Below, one piece after another: positions 7,477-17,969 of a stretch of 64,000 bases of DNA. The notes under the pieces are model-generated. The model saw only the letters and a program-made list of their open reading frames with translations, did no database searches and was not told where the DNA came from. The position numbers and the translations under genes were made by a program. This stretch comes from an uncultured delta proteobacterium (GTDB lineage: Bacteria; Desulfobacterota; Desulfomonilia; UBA1062), in assembly GCA_963752595.1 (NCBI GenBank), contig CAVVYZ010000002.1, positions 224,001-288,000 of the forward strand. Reading direction: 5' to 3'. Every line of letters begins with the position of its first letter. Position 1 is the stretch's first letter.

Positions 7477-8069
7477 ATGGAAACCCTTGAAGAGAAGATA
7501 GCCCGCGTGCTGAAAGAGGAAGTGGCAGTTGTGCCGTACGATCCCCGCTGGCCGGAGATGTTTGAACAGGAGCGGCTTCATCTGCTGTCCTGCCTGCCCG
7601 CCGACCTGGTCACGAGAATCGAGCATTTCGGCAGCACCGCTGTTCCCGGCCTCCCGGCCAAACCCATTGTGGACATTCTGGTCGAGGTGGCGAGCCTTGA
7701 CGGGACGAGGCAGAGAATTGCGCCCATTCTTGAAGCGCAAGGGTATGACTACTTCTGGAGGCCATCAGGGGAGATGATACGCCGCCGTTCTATGCCTGGT
7801 TTATCAAGCGTGACGAGTATGGAAACAGAACGCATCACATCCACATGGTTGAGCCCTGGTTCGAGCACTGGGACAGACTTCTCTTTCGGGACTACCTCAT
7901 CGAGCATCCAGCCGTTGCCCGGGAATACGGCAATCTCAAAATCAGGCTCGCTGGTGCGCACCAAAATGACCGCGTGGCCTACACGAAAGCTAAGAGTGAC
8001 TTTATCAGCCGGGTTACCGGGAAGGCTGAATTCTGCGATCAAAGGGTTTCCGGAAGGAGACGGCATTGA
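7477..8069 (+). CDS. GrpB/UPF0157 nucleotidyltransferase-fold protein (frameshift ~7765)
   Basis: VVPYDPRW, IEHFGSTAVPGLPAKPIVDI; second frame HHIHMVE..LLFRDYL..EYGNLK..YTKAK. Confidence 0.85.
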
Positions 8070-8119
8070 GATTCCGCTGGATGTTGCAGACCCGGACTCG
8101 TGCTCTGCGTTTCAACTTT

Positions 8120-8329
8120 CCGCTGATCGTGCCTTGCCGCCGAGCTATCCGTTCGGATGGGCATCTCGGCGGCTTTCAGGGTGGTCTTGAAATGAAGCGG
8201 GTTTTACTCGAAAAGGAGGGGATCCGGTTCGACGGTTCGGGGAGGGTAGTCTGTGCGCAGTTTCATTATGAGGGGATAATGTCGGACAAAGGCATACCGG
8301 ATGAATTCATCCAGCCTGACCATCGATGA
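8120..8329 (+). pseudogene. C-terminal fragment of an MGMT/Ogt-like alkyltransferase
   Basis: PLIVPCRRAIRSDGHLGGFQGGLEMKRVLLEKEG resembles the PCHRV...LGG..K..LL..EG C-terminus; N-terminus absent, PCHR changed to PCRR. Confidence 0.7.
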
Positions 8330-8409
8330 ATGCATACGCGTCATATCAGGCAGCCGATGGCTCCACGCTGTTTCCCATAATCCATAGAATATAAAAACAA
8401 GGAGAATTC

Positions 8410-9015
8410 ATGAGCGGTCATAAAACCGTAACTGCTATCATTGGAAGCTACCGCAAAGGCGGTGTCATCGATACGGCAGTGGATGAGATCCTCGCCTCGG
8501 CACGGAAAGAAGGCGCCGAGGTCCATAAGATATATCTGATCGAGAAGCATATCGAGTTCTGCACGAATTGCCGGAAGTGTACCCAGCAGGAAGGATCCAA
8601 GCGCGGAGAATGCTGCATTGCAGATGAAATGAGCGGCATCCTGGATACAATCGAACGGTCGGATGCCATTGTGCTCGCTTCGCCCATGAACTTCGGCACC
8701 GTAACGGCGGTCATGAAAAGGTTCATTGAACGGCTGGCCTGCTATGCCTACTGGCCGTGGGGGATGCATGCACCCAAGGTCCGGCATGCACAGCAGAACA
8801 AACGCGCCGTCGTGGTCGCTTCCTCGGCGGCCCCTTCCATTATCTCCCGCCTGCTGACAAAGATCGTGAGCCTGCTGAAGACCGCCGCCGGCGTGCTTGG
8901 GGCAAAGACGATCGGCGTGCTTTTCATAGGCCTTGCCGCTCAGCACCCGGAACAGAAGTTATCTGAACGGACAAGGAAAAAGGCACGCAGGCTGGGAAAG
9001 AAGCTGGTTGCTTAA
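8410..9015 (+). CDS. Flavodoxin family / iron-sulfur flavoprotein-like FMN reductase
   Basis: GSYRKGG, CTNCRKC..C, ASPMNFG..MKRFIER. Confidence 0.85.
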   Translation: MSGHKTVTAIIGSYRKGGVIDTAVDEILASARKEGAEVHKIYLIEKHIEFCTNCRKCTQQEGSKRGECCIADEMSGILDTIERSDAIVLASPMNFGTVTAVMKRFIERLACYAYWPWGMHAPKVRHAQQNKRAVVVASSAAPSIISRLLTKIVSLLKTAAGVLGAKTIGVLFIGLAAQHPEQKLSERTRKKARRLGKKLVA

Positions 9016-9018
9016 CCA

Positions 9019-9513
9019 ATGAAGCGCCCCTTAAAAACAAGGCAGTCAAGGCAGGTGCCCGCCTTGTCAAACCGCCTCGCTTCCCGCCGGTTGTTTTTGT
9101 ACTTTATGTTTATCCTCTTGTCCTTAGAGGCATGCAGTATGACCCGGAGATCCCGGATCTATCTCGATTCGTCGTACACGACTTCCGATGGAATGGTCAT
9201 CTCGAACTTCTCGACTGATGAGGTGGATGCATACATCCGGTCATTCGTACTTCAGAAGGGGTATGAGATCAGCTTTGCAGACAGTTCTCAATCCTGGATC
9301 CAGCAGGAACTTCCGGATGATTCCTCGCTGATCTGGCTTGCCGAAAAACCGGATGAGCCGGCGATCCTCTTCCTGGCAGCGGAAAGGAGATTGATCGTAA
9401 GCTTCGTTCGGAAGGGGCCGCTCCCCTCATCCAGGCTCAAAGATTACGTAAATGTCCTGTACAGGATTCTGGCCGCCAAGTTCGGCGATCAGAATGTTCA
9501 TATGTCGCAATAA
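9019..9513 (+). CDS. Hypothetical protein, possible lipoprotein
   Basis: Hydrophobic stretch ending LEAC; no recognised family. Confidence 0.45.
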   Translation: MKRPLKTRQSRQVPALSNRLASRRLFLYFMFILLSLEACSMTRRSRIYLDSSYTTSDGMVISNFSTDEVDAYIRSFVLQKGYEISFADSSQSWIQQELPDDSSLIWLAEKPDEPAILFLAAERRLIVSFVRKGPLPSSRLKDYVNVLYRILAAKFGDQNVHMSQ

Positions 9514-9895
9514 ACCTCTTCAGGCCTTTTTTGTATCTGCGGAAATAATTCCATACCCACTAAAAAAATAAGAAAAATGCGTAATGTATGTTATTACAAT
9601 ATGATAACATAAAAAATGTGTATTATGCCGAACCCTCCTTTCAAGGGTTGCATGGAGCGAATGAGTATCGTTCCTTCGGTACTCTCGATGAACGTTTGCG
9701 CTCACCGCCACTCGACGGGCTTTACCCGCTCGATCAAAATATCCGGCCGGTTCGTATCTCACAGGTTTCCTTGCATACTTCGCATCCGGTACACAGAGAG
9801 GATAGTGGAAACGGCTCAGGCAAAAAGGCTGCAAAGGGCATACTTGGCGTAAGAATTTTTTATGATCGTGTTTTAAAGGATAAAAGGAGGACTCG

Positions 9896-10834
9896 ATGAG
9901 AAGAATCAGTACGGTTGTTTCTATTGCTTTGATGCTGGTGTTCTGCTCCGGTGCTATTCACTGCCTTCATGCCCTGGATATAGGGGTGGCATGGGTCGGT
10001 AAATCCGGCATGGCAGAAAATGTCATGAAGGGATTCGAAGATGGGATAAAAGGGATGAACATAAACCTCGAGTACCAGAAGGACCTCCCTTCCAATGAAG
10101 CCCTTGCCAAGGTAATTGAAAGATTCACAAAGGAAAAGGGCGGGATTCTGGTGCTGCGTTCTCCCTGCGCGGAATGGTTAGTAAAAAACCCGCCTGCCGT
10201 TCCGACATTCATTGCAGCATGCAATAACCCCTCGCAGCTTGGGGTGATAAAGAATCTGAAGTCTCCTGAAGGAAAGATTACCGGGGTGACCTATTATATC
10301 CCTGCAAAGATCAACATGGATATCTTCAGGGCTATCCTTCCGCAGATGAAGACGGTATACCTCCTCATGGAAAAAGGGCATCCTTCAGCCGAAATTGAGG
10401 AACAGGAGACAAAAGTTGAGTGCGCCAAGCTTGGAGTTACCTATAACGGAAAGATGTGCACCTCGATCGATGAAGTAACTGCGGCAGTTAAACAGAATTC
10501 AGGGAAAGTATCCTGCTTCATCATAGGATCACAGGCCATGATCATGGATAATGCAGCACGGATCGTCAATGCTGCCGGGAAAACGCCGGTTTTTTCGTAT
10601 TCTGAAAAACCCATCAAGAGCGGAGCCCTGGGCGGGTATGTTGCCGACGACAAGAAGCTCGGCAGGATTCTTGCCGGGCAGGTGGTCGATGTGCTGGTAA
10701 AACATAAGGCCGTCAAGGACACACCGGTCAGGTTCGATCCCGAACCGGTCTTTTACCTGAACGGGCTTACGTATAAAAAACTCGGCCTGGAGATCCCTCC
10801 GAATGTGCTCGGTTCTGCAAAGATAATACAGTAA
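9896..10834 (+). CDS. ABC_sub_bind-type periplasmic substrate-binding protein
   Basis: Signal peptide; NNPSQLG..PEGKITGVT, GALGGY..LGR pattern. Confidence 0.8.
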   Translation: MRRISTVVSIALMLVFCSGAIHCLHALDIGVAWVGKSGMAENVMKGFEDGIKGMNINLEYQKDLPSNEALAKVIERFTKEKGGILVLRSPCAEWLVKNPPAVPTFIAACNNPSQLGVIKNLKSPEGKITGVTYYIPAKINMDIFRAILPQMKTVYLLMEKGHPSAEIEEQETKVECAKLGVTYNGKMCTSIDEVTAAVKQNSGKVSCFIIGSQAMIMDNAARIVNAAGKTPVFSYSEKPIKSGALGGYVADDKKLGRILAGQVVDVLVKHKAVKDTPVRFDPEPVFYLNGLTYKKLGLEIPPNVLGSAKIIQ

Positions 10835-10904
10835 TATTCAATTGAGGGGGAAGGGGGGAACTCATCTTAAATAATTGACATAAATAAGGATTGTCCGCAA
10901 CAGC

Positions 10905-10944
10905 GCAGCCGGCCGGGTCTTTATCCGGGCCGGCTGCTGTTTTT
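10905..10944 (+). terminator. Putative intrinsic terminator
   Basis: GCAGCCGGCC...GGCCGGCTGC followed by TGTTTTT. Confidence 0.6.
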
Positions 10945-11216
10945 ATAGGCGCAGAATGCAGATCGGGAAGGGGACCGGGGATCGGCATTTTAGAAATGCG
11001 CCGCTCTCATTATTATAAGCTTCTACCAATTGCTGCGGCGGTTCCCGGCAATTCCTGCTGGAAGATCCTCGCAAGATTTCTTTCGGAATATGAGGCCGTG
11101 CCAGGGTTCCTGATGCAGCAGGGCGGCCGGGCACGGAATAGATATCGAACCCATGAGATAGTGAAAAATGGCAGGCTTGACCCTCTTCAGATTCGGAATG
11201 TGAGAGCCCACAACAT

Positions 11217-12236
11217 ATGAGAAGAAATGCCGTCCTATTCATCTGCATCCTGCTCCTTGTCCTCGGGATATCATGCCCCAGCTCCGCTCAGGAAAAGACA
11301 TACAGGATAGAGGTTCTCCAGGTAACCGACGTGATTTCCTTCCAGATGGCATATGACGGTTTTCTCAAAGAGCTGGAGAAAAACGGCATAGTCCTGGGAA
11401 AGAATCTTAACGTCAAGCGCACCATTATTGATTTCGATATCCGGCATCCTTCTCTCTGGAAGAAAATGAAGGCCCTCGTCAGGATCAGGAGCGAGGCATC
11501 GCGGATTGCGGGAGAAAAGCCCGACCTCGTGCTCACCGTGGGAACGCCTGTCACCAGATACGCGAAGGATAAGCTCATCAAGGCCGGGATACCGGTGGTG
11601 TTCACGGCGGCGGCCTTTCCGATTGAAGCGGGGTGCAGGTCCATGACAGAGGCAGGGCCGGGGTTTACCGGTGCCACATCGTTCATGGACATGAGCGAAG
11701 CAGTCAGGATCGTACGGCTTGCGTTTCCCGCCATCAAAAGGGTGGGCATCGTTCACAGCGACGACAGCGGCATTGTATCCCACCTGGAGGAGGCGGAGAA
11801 GGAGGGAAAGGCACACGGATTTACCATCCTCACCGAACAGGCCGACATAGAGGATCCTATTACCCCACATCTGCAGGACCTCCAGGCAAAGGGGGTCGAG
11901 GCCTTCGCCGTACCCCCCGACCCTTACTACATCGTAAGGAACTATGAGGTTGCAGGCGAACTGGGAAGCTTTTCCAAAAATACCCATATCCCGATTCTGA
12001 GCCTGGTCATTGTCAGGTTCCCCGGCGCCCTCCTGTACGTGGGCACGGATTTCGAGCTCATCGGCGGCTTTTCCGGCAGACAGGCCGTGAAAATCCTCAA
12101 ACATGGAGTAAAGCCCGAAAGCCTCCCTGTCTTACGGCAGCAGGATCTCACGGTACTGGTAGACATGAAGCTCGCTCATGCCTACGGCCTCAAGCTCTCC
12201 CCGGAAATCCTCCGGATAGCCCGCCCCATCGAATAA
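11217..12236 (+). CDS. ABC_sub_bind-type substrate-binding protein (paralog of 13809-14825)
   Basis: Signal peptide; KPDLVLTVGTP, IPVVF, GFTGA, VKILKHGVKPESLPV. Confidence 0.85.
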   Translation: MRRNAVLFICILLLVLGISCPSSAQEKTYRIEVLQVTDVISFQMAYDGFLKELEKNGIVLGKNLNVKRTIIDFDIRHPSLWKKMKALVRIRSEASRIAGEKPDLVLTVGTPVTRYAKDKLIKAGIPVVFTAAAFPIEAGCRSMTEAGPGFTGATSFMDMSEAVRIVRLAFPAIKRVGIVHSDDSGIVSHLEEAEKEGKAHGFTILTEQADIEDPITPHLQDLQAKGVEAFAVPPDPYYIVRNYEVAGELGSFSKNTHIPILSLVIVRFPGALLYVGTDFELIGGFSGRQAVKILKHGVKPESLPVLRQQDLTVLVDMKLAHAYGLKLSPEILRIARPIE

Positions 12237-12362
12237 CCCTTTTAAGTACCATCAGCCTTCACGCTCGTGACCCGGTAAAGACCCATTCCGGGTGGAACTT
12301 CTCCTGCCGGCCATTGAGAAGCAAGAGGGATCAGTGCATCAGATTACTAAGGAGGATTAGGA

Positions 12363-13757
12363 ATGCAAGGAAGAAGATTCATGGCAGCTCTCCTGCTCAC
12401 AGGTGCCTTTTTCATGAGCAGCCCGGCTGAAGCTGACAGGATTCAGCCGAAGGAAGCGCGCGAGATTGCCGGAGAGGCATATATTGCCCTGTATCCGCTG
12501 GTCATGAATTACCGGATCATGTACCTTCAGGCAATCGATGGGAAGTCGGGTTCTTATACCGGCGGCTTCGGCACGTGGATCCATCGGGGCCTCGCTTCGC
12601 CCGGGGGCAAAGAAATCCCGATGCCGAATGTCGATACGCATTGTTCCTCTGCCTGGGTGGACTTAAGGGCCGAGCCGTGGGTGCTGACCATGCCCGCCAT
12701 AGACGAAGGACGCTACTGCACCAGCCAGTGGGAAGACCTGTGGGGGTATGTGCTCGACAACCCCGGAACGATCAAAGACGGAAACAAAGGCGGCACCTAC
12801 CTGCTCGTGCCGCCCGGCTGGAAGGGCGAGCTTCCCGAAGGCGTGAAGCGGGCGATCAGGGGAGAATCGGTATTCCTTGGTACCCTCACGAGGACCGAGC
12901 TCTTCAGTCAGCCTGACCTGCCCGAAGTACAGAAGATCCAGCTGGGCTATATCCTCAAGCCGCTCAGCGCATTCCTCCAAACGCCCAAGCCCGCGCCTGC
13001 TCCGGCCATTCAATGGCCTGCCTGGAACGATGGGTGCGTCACTACCCTTTCATTCTTCTCGTATGCAAATTTCCTGCTTCAGTTTACCCTTCCGAATCCC
13101 CAGGACAAAGCGCTTTTCGGACGGATGGCAGCAATCGGCATAGCCCCGGGGAAGCCGTGGAAACCCGAGGACATGAACCCGGCTGTCCGCAAGGCGATCC
13201 AGGCAGGTATCGACGACGCCCGCAAGGACCTCATGGAAAAAGCATTTCAGGTGTCCGCCTTCAACAGGCTGTTCGTGGGCAGCAGGCACTTGGACACCAC
13301 CTATATGGACCGGGCCCTGGGCGTATTCCTGCACCCTTTCGGGAATGTTCCGAATCAGGCGACCTATGTCATGGTGTCAAGGGACAGTCAGGGGGAAATC
13401 ATCGATGGGAGCAAGTTCAATTATACCATGACCTTCCGTGCAGGCAGCGCACCGCCCAGCAGGTTTTTCTGGTCGATCACGGTATACGGCATGCCGGACA
13501 AGTCCCTGGTGCCCAACCCCTTCGAACGGTATTCCATCGGCACCCACAGCCTGAAGGTGATCAAGGAACATGACGGCTCGTTCACGTTGTATCTGCAGAA
13601 AGATTCGCCCGGAAAAGACAAGGAGCTCAACTGGCTCCCCACTCTCCAGGGAAGGTTCGTTGCCGTGTTGAGGTCATACGGGCCGGAGCAGAGCGTGATC
13701 AACCATACATGGAAGCTGCCTCCGCTCAAGCGGGCGGAGCATATTGTCCATGAATGA
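12363..13757 (+). CDS. DUF1254/DUF1214 exported protein
   Basis: PNVDT..SSAWVDLRAEPWVL, YLLVPPGWKG, FFWSITVY, NWLP, LRSYGP. Confidence 0.9.
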   Translation: MQGRRFMAALLLTGAFFMSSPAEADRIQPKEAREIAGEAYIALYPLVMNYRIMYLQAIDGKSGSYTGGFGTWIHRGLASPGGKEIPMPNVDTHCSSAWVDLRAEPWVLTMPAIDEGRYCTSQWEDLWGYVLDNPGTIKDGNKGGTYLLVPPGWKGELPEGVKRAIRGESVFLGTLTRTELFSQPDLPEVQKIQLGYILKPLSAFLQTPKPAPAPAIQWPAWNDGCVTTLSFFSYANFLLQFTLPNPQDKALFGRMAAIGIAPGKPWKPEDMNPAVRKAIQAGIDDARKDLMEKAFQVSAFNRLFVGSRHLDTTYMDRALGVFLHPFGNVPNQATYVMVSRDSQGEIIDGSKFNYTMTFRAGSAPPSRFFWSITVYGMPDKSLVPNPFERYSIGTHSLKVIKEHDGSFTLYLQKDSPGKDKELNWLPTLQGRFVAVLRSYGPEQSVINHTWKLPPLKRAEHIVHE

Positions 13758-13808
13758 ATTATCAGACAGGAATGGAGAAGAGGCGAGGGCAGTGAAAGCG
13801 ATCCGTAC

Positions 13809-14825
13809 ATGAGAAGAATAACCCATATCCTCTGCATCGCTATCATAATGTCCGGGTTATCCTTGCCCCGCTCGGCCCATGGCAAAACGTACCGGGTGGA
13901 AGTGCTCCAGATTACCTCCCTGGATATGCTTCAGAAGCTCTATGAAGGCTTTATCAAGGAACTGAAAAAAAACGGCATCGTCAGCGGTAAAAATCTGGTG
14001 ATCAAGCGCACGATTATCGATTTCAATATTGAAAAAGCAAACTTGAGGAAAGAGATCGCCGCCTACTTGAGGATCAGGAAAGAAGCCTCGCGCATAGCGG
14101 GCGAGAAGCCCGACCTGGCGCTTACGATGGGGACCCCGGCCACGAGGTTTTCAAAGGACAAGATCATTGCTGCAGGTGTCCCATTGGTATTTTCCGCACT
14201 GGCCTTTCCAGCCGACGTGGGCAGCAGGTCCTGGACCGAGGCAGGCCCCGGCTTCACCGGCTCCATTACATATATGAGCATGAGAAATGCGCTTCTGGTT
14301 ATCAAAAAAGCCTTCCCCGGAATCAGGAGCATCGGCATCGTATACAGTTTTGATTCAAACAGTGTCGACCATGTGGATGAGGCAGGCAGGGCCGGCCGTT
14401 CCCTGGGATTGAGGATCATAGCGAAGCAGGTGGATATCAAGCAGCGGATCGTGCCGGTCTTGAGGGAGCTTCAGAAACAGGGGGTAGACGCCTTTGCCGT
14501 ACCTCCCGACCCGTACTATGCGATACGGAACTACGACGCCGCTCATGAGTTGATCGCATTCTCTGAAGCATCGAGGATCCCGGTGATCAGTTTTGTCATC
14601 GATAGATTCTCAGGAGCTGTCTTGAATATCGGGGTTGATTTCGAGATCATAGGCAGGCTGTGCGGCCTGCAGGCAGTGAGGATCATGAAAGAAGGTGCGA
14701 AGCCCGGCAGTCTGCCCATCCTGCGGCAGGAGAATCTGACCGTGTTTTTTGACCGGGAGCGTATAAAGGCCTTAGGCCTCCCCATGCCTCCCGGTATTCC
14801 TCATATTGAAAAACCAGTCGAATAG
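13809..14825 (+). CDS. ABC_sub_bind-type substrate-binding protein
   Basis: Shares KTYR.EVLQ.T, KRTIIDF, EAGPGFTG, AFAVPPDPYY with 11217-12236. Confidence 0.85.
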   Translation: MRRITHILCIAIIMSGLSLPRSAHGKTYRVEVLQITSLDMLQKLYEGFIKELKKNGIVSGKNLVIKRTIIDFNIEKANLRKEIAAYLRIRKEASRIAGEKPDLALTMGTPATRFSKDKIIAAGVPLVFSALAFPADVGSRSWTEAGPGFTGSITYMSMRNALLVIKKAFPGIRSIGIVYSFDSNSVDHVDEAGRAGRSLGLRIIAKQVDIKQRIVPVLRELQKQGVDAFAVPPDPYYAIRNYDAAHELIAFSEASRIPVISFVIDRFSGAVLNIGVDFEIIGRLCGLQAVRIMKEGAKPGSLPILRQENLTVFFDRERIKALGLPMPPGIPHIEKPVE

Positions 14826-14837
14826 CAGGTTTCCCAT

Positions 14838-14883
14838 CCCCCTCTCCCTTACCTTCTCCCCCGTTTCCGATGGAGAGGGGAGA
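14838..14883. repeat. REP-like intergenic palindrome
   Basis: CCCCCTCTCCCTTACCTTCTCCCCCGTTTCCGATGGAGAGGGG; related inverted copy at 18879-18931. Confidence 0.45.
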
Positions 14884-15064
14884 TGATGAGCCTCCTGTTT
14901 CCCGATACTTGACAGGTAGTGCGGGAAGTGTTGAATATGATCCGGATTAACGTATAATAAGAGCAAACTGTAGGAATGGCTTAATATTGGATAGCTATGT
15001 TCCTTTTGGTAACCCAAAAGCAGTCCTACGAGCAATTCAATACTATATTCCGTGAGGAGGGAAA

Positions 15065-16749
15065 ATGAGCCAGGTATATTCGGTCAGCCCTGATGGAAAA
15101 CGGTATCCGCTTCCGAGGGAAGAAGATTATGGAAAGGAATTCGAACGGTTGAAGGCGATTGCAGAGGAACAGCGGAGCCTCGGCAAGGAGATCGTCGTGG
15201 TCATGGGACTCGGCTTCGTCGGTGCTGTAATGGCGGCAGTCGTGGCCGACAGCACGGACAGAAAAACGGGGGAGGCCAAGAAATTCGTCATCGGGATGCA
15301 GAGGCCCAGCACCAGGAGCTTCTGGAAGATCCCCATGTTCAATACCGGGGTATCGCCGGTCAAAGCCGAAGACCCGGAGGTGGACATCCTGATCCGGCGG
15401 TGCGTGATGGAGAGGAAAAATCTCATTGCAACCTACACCTACGATGCCTTGAGCCTTGCCGATGTGGTCGTTGTCGATGTGCAGTGCGACTTCCTCAAGC
15501 AGGACCTCGGGAACTGCACGACCGGCCGGGCGGAGATCGCAGCCCTGGAAGAGTCCATGAAGGTCATCGGGGAGAAGATCGAGCCCCATTGCCTGGTCCT
15601 CATCGAAACGACCGTGCCGCCCGGAACCACCGAATATATTGCCTACCCGACGTTGAAAAAGGCCTTCGTTTCGCGCAGCATCAGCAGCGAGCCGCTCCTT
15701 GCCCACAGCTACGAACGGGTCATGCCCGGGAGGGAGTATGTTAAATCCATACGCGACTTCTGGCGCGTCTGCAGCGGCATCAACGAGGAGAGCAAGCGGA
15801 AGGTGGAGCGTTTCCTCTCGGAAGTCTCAATGTCGAGAAATTCCCGCTGACGGTCCTGGACAAGCCCATCGAGAGCGAGACCGCCAAGATCGTGGAAAAC
15901 AGCTACCGCGCAACGATCCTGGCCTTCCTCGACGAATGGAGCAACTTCTGCGAGAAGAACGGCGTGGACCTCATCAAGGTGATCAATGCCATCAAGGTGA
16001 GGCCGACCCACAGCAACATGATCTTCCCCGGCCCCGGGATCGGCGGCTACTGCCTGCCCAAGGACGGGGGCCTGGGCGTCTGGGCGTACCGGCACCTCAT
16101 GGGGTTCGAGGACGACAATTTCAGGATCACGCCCGAAGCCATCAATATCAATGATACCAGGGCGCTCCATGCCGTGCACCTCATCCGGGACGCATTGCGG
16201 AACATGGGCAAGATCGTGGCTGCCTCCGTCGTGACCGTGCTCGGCGCCTCCTACCGCGAGGACGTGGGCGACACCCGGTACAGCGGTTCCGAGCTCATGA
16301 TCAGGAAGATCGCCGAGATGGGGGGCGATATCAGGGTTCACGACCCCTATGTGGAGCACTGGTGGGAGTTCGAGTCCCAGGAAACGTATCCGTCGGTGGG
16401 GGCAAGCTGGGCGCGGTTCTTCAGGAACCAGGAAGGCTTGAAGGACTTAAGGGTCGAGAAGGATCTTGCCGGAACCCTTGTCGGCTCGGATGCGGTGGTC
16501 CTGGCAGTCAGGCATAAGGAGTACCTCGACCTCGACCCCGACGATTTCATTGAGATGATCGGCTCGCCTGCTGCAATCATAGACTGCTTCGGGATATTGG
16601 ACGACCATAAGATCAGAAGGTTCTTCGAGCTCGGCTGTGAGGTGAAGGGCCTGGGCCGCGGGCATATCCAGAGGATCAAGGAAGAGGTGAGATCCCGGGA
16701 TATGGCTGATCCCGGCCAGGACAAGCCGGTATTTACCGTGATAAACTGA
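15065..16749 (+). CDS. UDP-glucose/GDP-mannose dehydrogenase family nucleotide-sugar dehydrogenase (frameshift ~15830)
   Basis: GLGFVG, ETTVPPGTT, ERVMPG, ENSYR, GPGIGGYCLPKD, YREDVGDTR. Confidence 0.9.
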
Positions 16750-17016
16750 TCGAAGAACGGACACAGGCCTTCCTATCCTCGAGCGCAAATTCCGGCCCAT
16801 CATCCCGGGAGGCAAAGGCGGATGGGGTGCACAGGGTGAGCCGGATCTTGAGTACATCCACTCCCTGGCCGGTTAGACTGAAAGAGCGCCGGGAAGATAA
16901 GGGCATGCCCATTCGGCAGGGTGCATGGACATGAGCCCGAAAGGAAAAGTATCTCTGCGGATTGACTTGACCGCCGGCGTCCTTCGTAATATACCATAGT
17001 TGAAATATGGAGGTGC

Positions 17017-17706
17017 TTGGTCGTTATGAATGGCGATATGTCCGTTTACCTGATTCCGACGCCCACCATGGATTGGGATAACAGCGCGGTTTTCGAATTT
17101 GCCCATGCCTGTTCCGGAGCAAAGACAGAACCCAGGGAGCAGGCAATAAGCCTGTTTTATGCCGTCCGTGACAGCATCCGGTACGATCCATACAGCATCG
17201 ATGTAACCTTAGAGGGCTTAAGCGCGAGCACTACGCTTAAGCAAGGGAAGGGCTGGTGCGTTGCCAAGGCGATCCTCCTCGCAGCCTGCTGCAGGGCTTT
17301 GAAGATACCGGCTCGGCTCGGCTTCGCTGATGTGAGGAATCACCTGTCGACAGAGCGCCTGCTGAAGTCGCTCAAGACAGATATCTTTTTCTGGCACGGC
17401 TATACCTCGATCTATCTTGACGGGGCCTGGCTCAAGGCAACGCCTGCCTTCAATGTCGGGCTTTGTGAGCGTTTCGGGATAAAACCGCTTGATTTCGACG
17501 GGAAATCCGATTCAATAATCCACCCGTACGATCTTCAGGGGAACAGACACATGGAGTACCTGAACTACCGCGGTGAATTTCCGGATGTCCCCATTGACGA
17601 GATGGTAGAGACGTTCTTCAAGGAATATCCCGGTGCCCTCTCCTGGAGCAGGCCGGACTTCGACCAGGAAGTAGAGCAGGAGATGAAAAACCGCTCGAAA
17701 ACATAA
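17017..17706 (+). CDS. Transglutaminase-like domain protein
   Basis: VRDSIRYDPY, GWCVAKA, WHGY, WLKATPAFN. Confidence 0.88.
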   Translation: MVVMNGDMSVYLIPTPTMDWDNSAVFEFAHACSGAKTEPREQAISLFYAVRDSIRYDPYSIDVTLEGLSASTTLKQGKGWCVAKAILLAACCRALKIPARLGFADVRNHLSTERLLKSLKTDIFFWHGYTSIYLDGAWLKATPAFNVGLCERFGIKPLDFDGKSDSIIHPYDLQGNRHMEYLNYRGEFPDVPIDEMVETFFKEYPGALSWSRPDFDQEVEQEMKNRSKT

Positions 17707-17969
17707 GGCCGACCGGTCCACGTTTCCTGCTATAATACCTGTTTTACACATATTTGCATAACTGCCGGGTTTTATCTCTTTTTTTCTGTCATGAGACTTA
17801 GGTTGTTCCCCCGCCTTCCTGTTTATCCGGGATCCCTAACCTCCCGCAGTCCCGCATGAGAGTTGAGAGTTACAGGATAATGCCACATTATTTTAACTAT
17901 GCTGAGTCGCTTAAAAAATACATTCGTTCAGCTTACTCATATTCTCAGTCGGAAAGGAGGATGTATCCG

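Noticed and set aside
1-9030. Integron integrase, attI or Pc
   Set aside because: No tyrosine recombinase in the window; it may lie to the left or be absent.
14909-14936. ops/JUMPstart-like element before the nucleotide-sugar dehydrogenase
   Set aside because: CAGGTAGTGCG only loosely resembles GGCGGTAGnnTG and there is no long polysaccharide operon.
16750-16990. GC-rich intergenic region as a riboswitch or ncRNA
   Set aside because: Some local pairing but no recognisable family motif.
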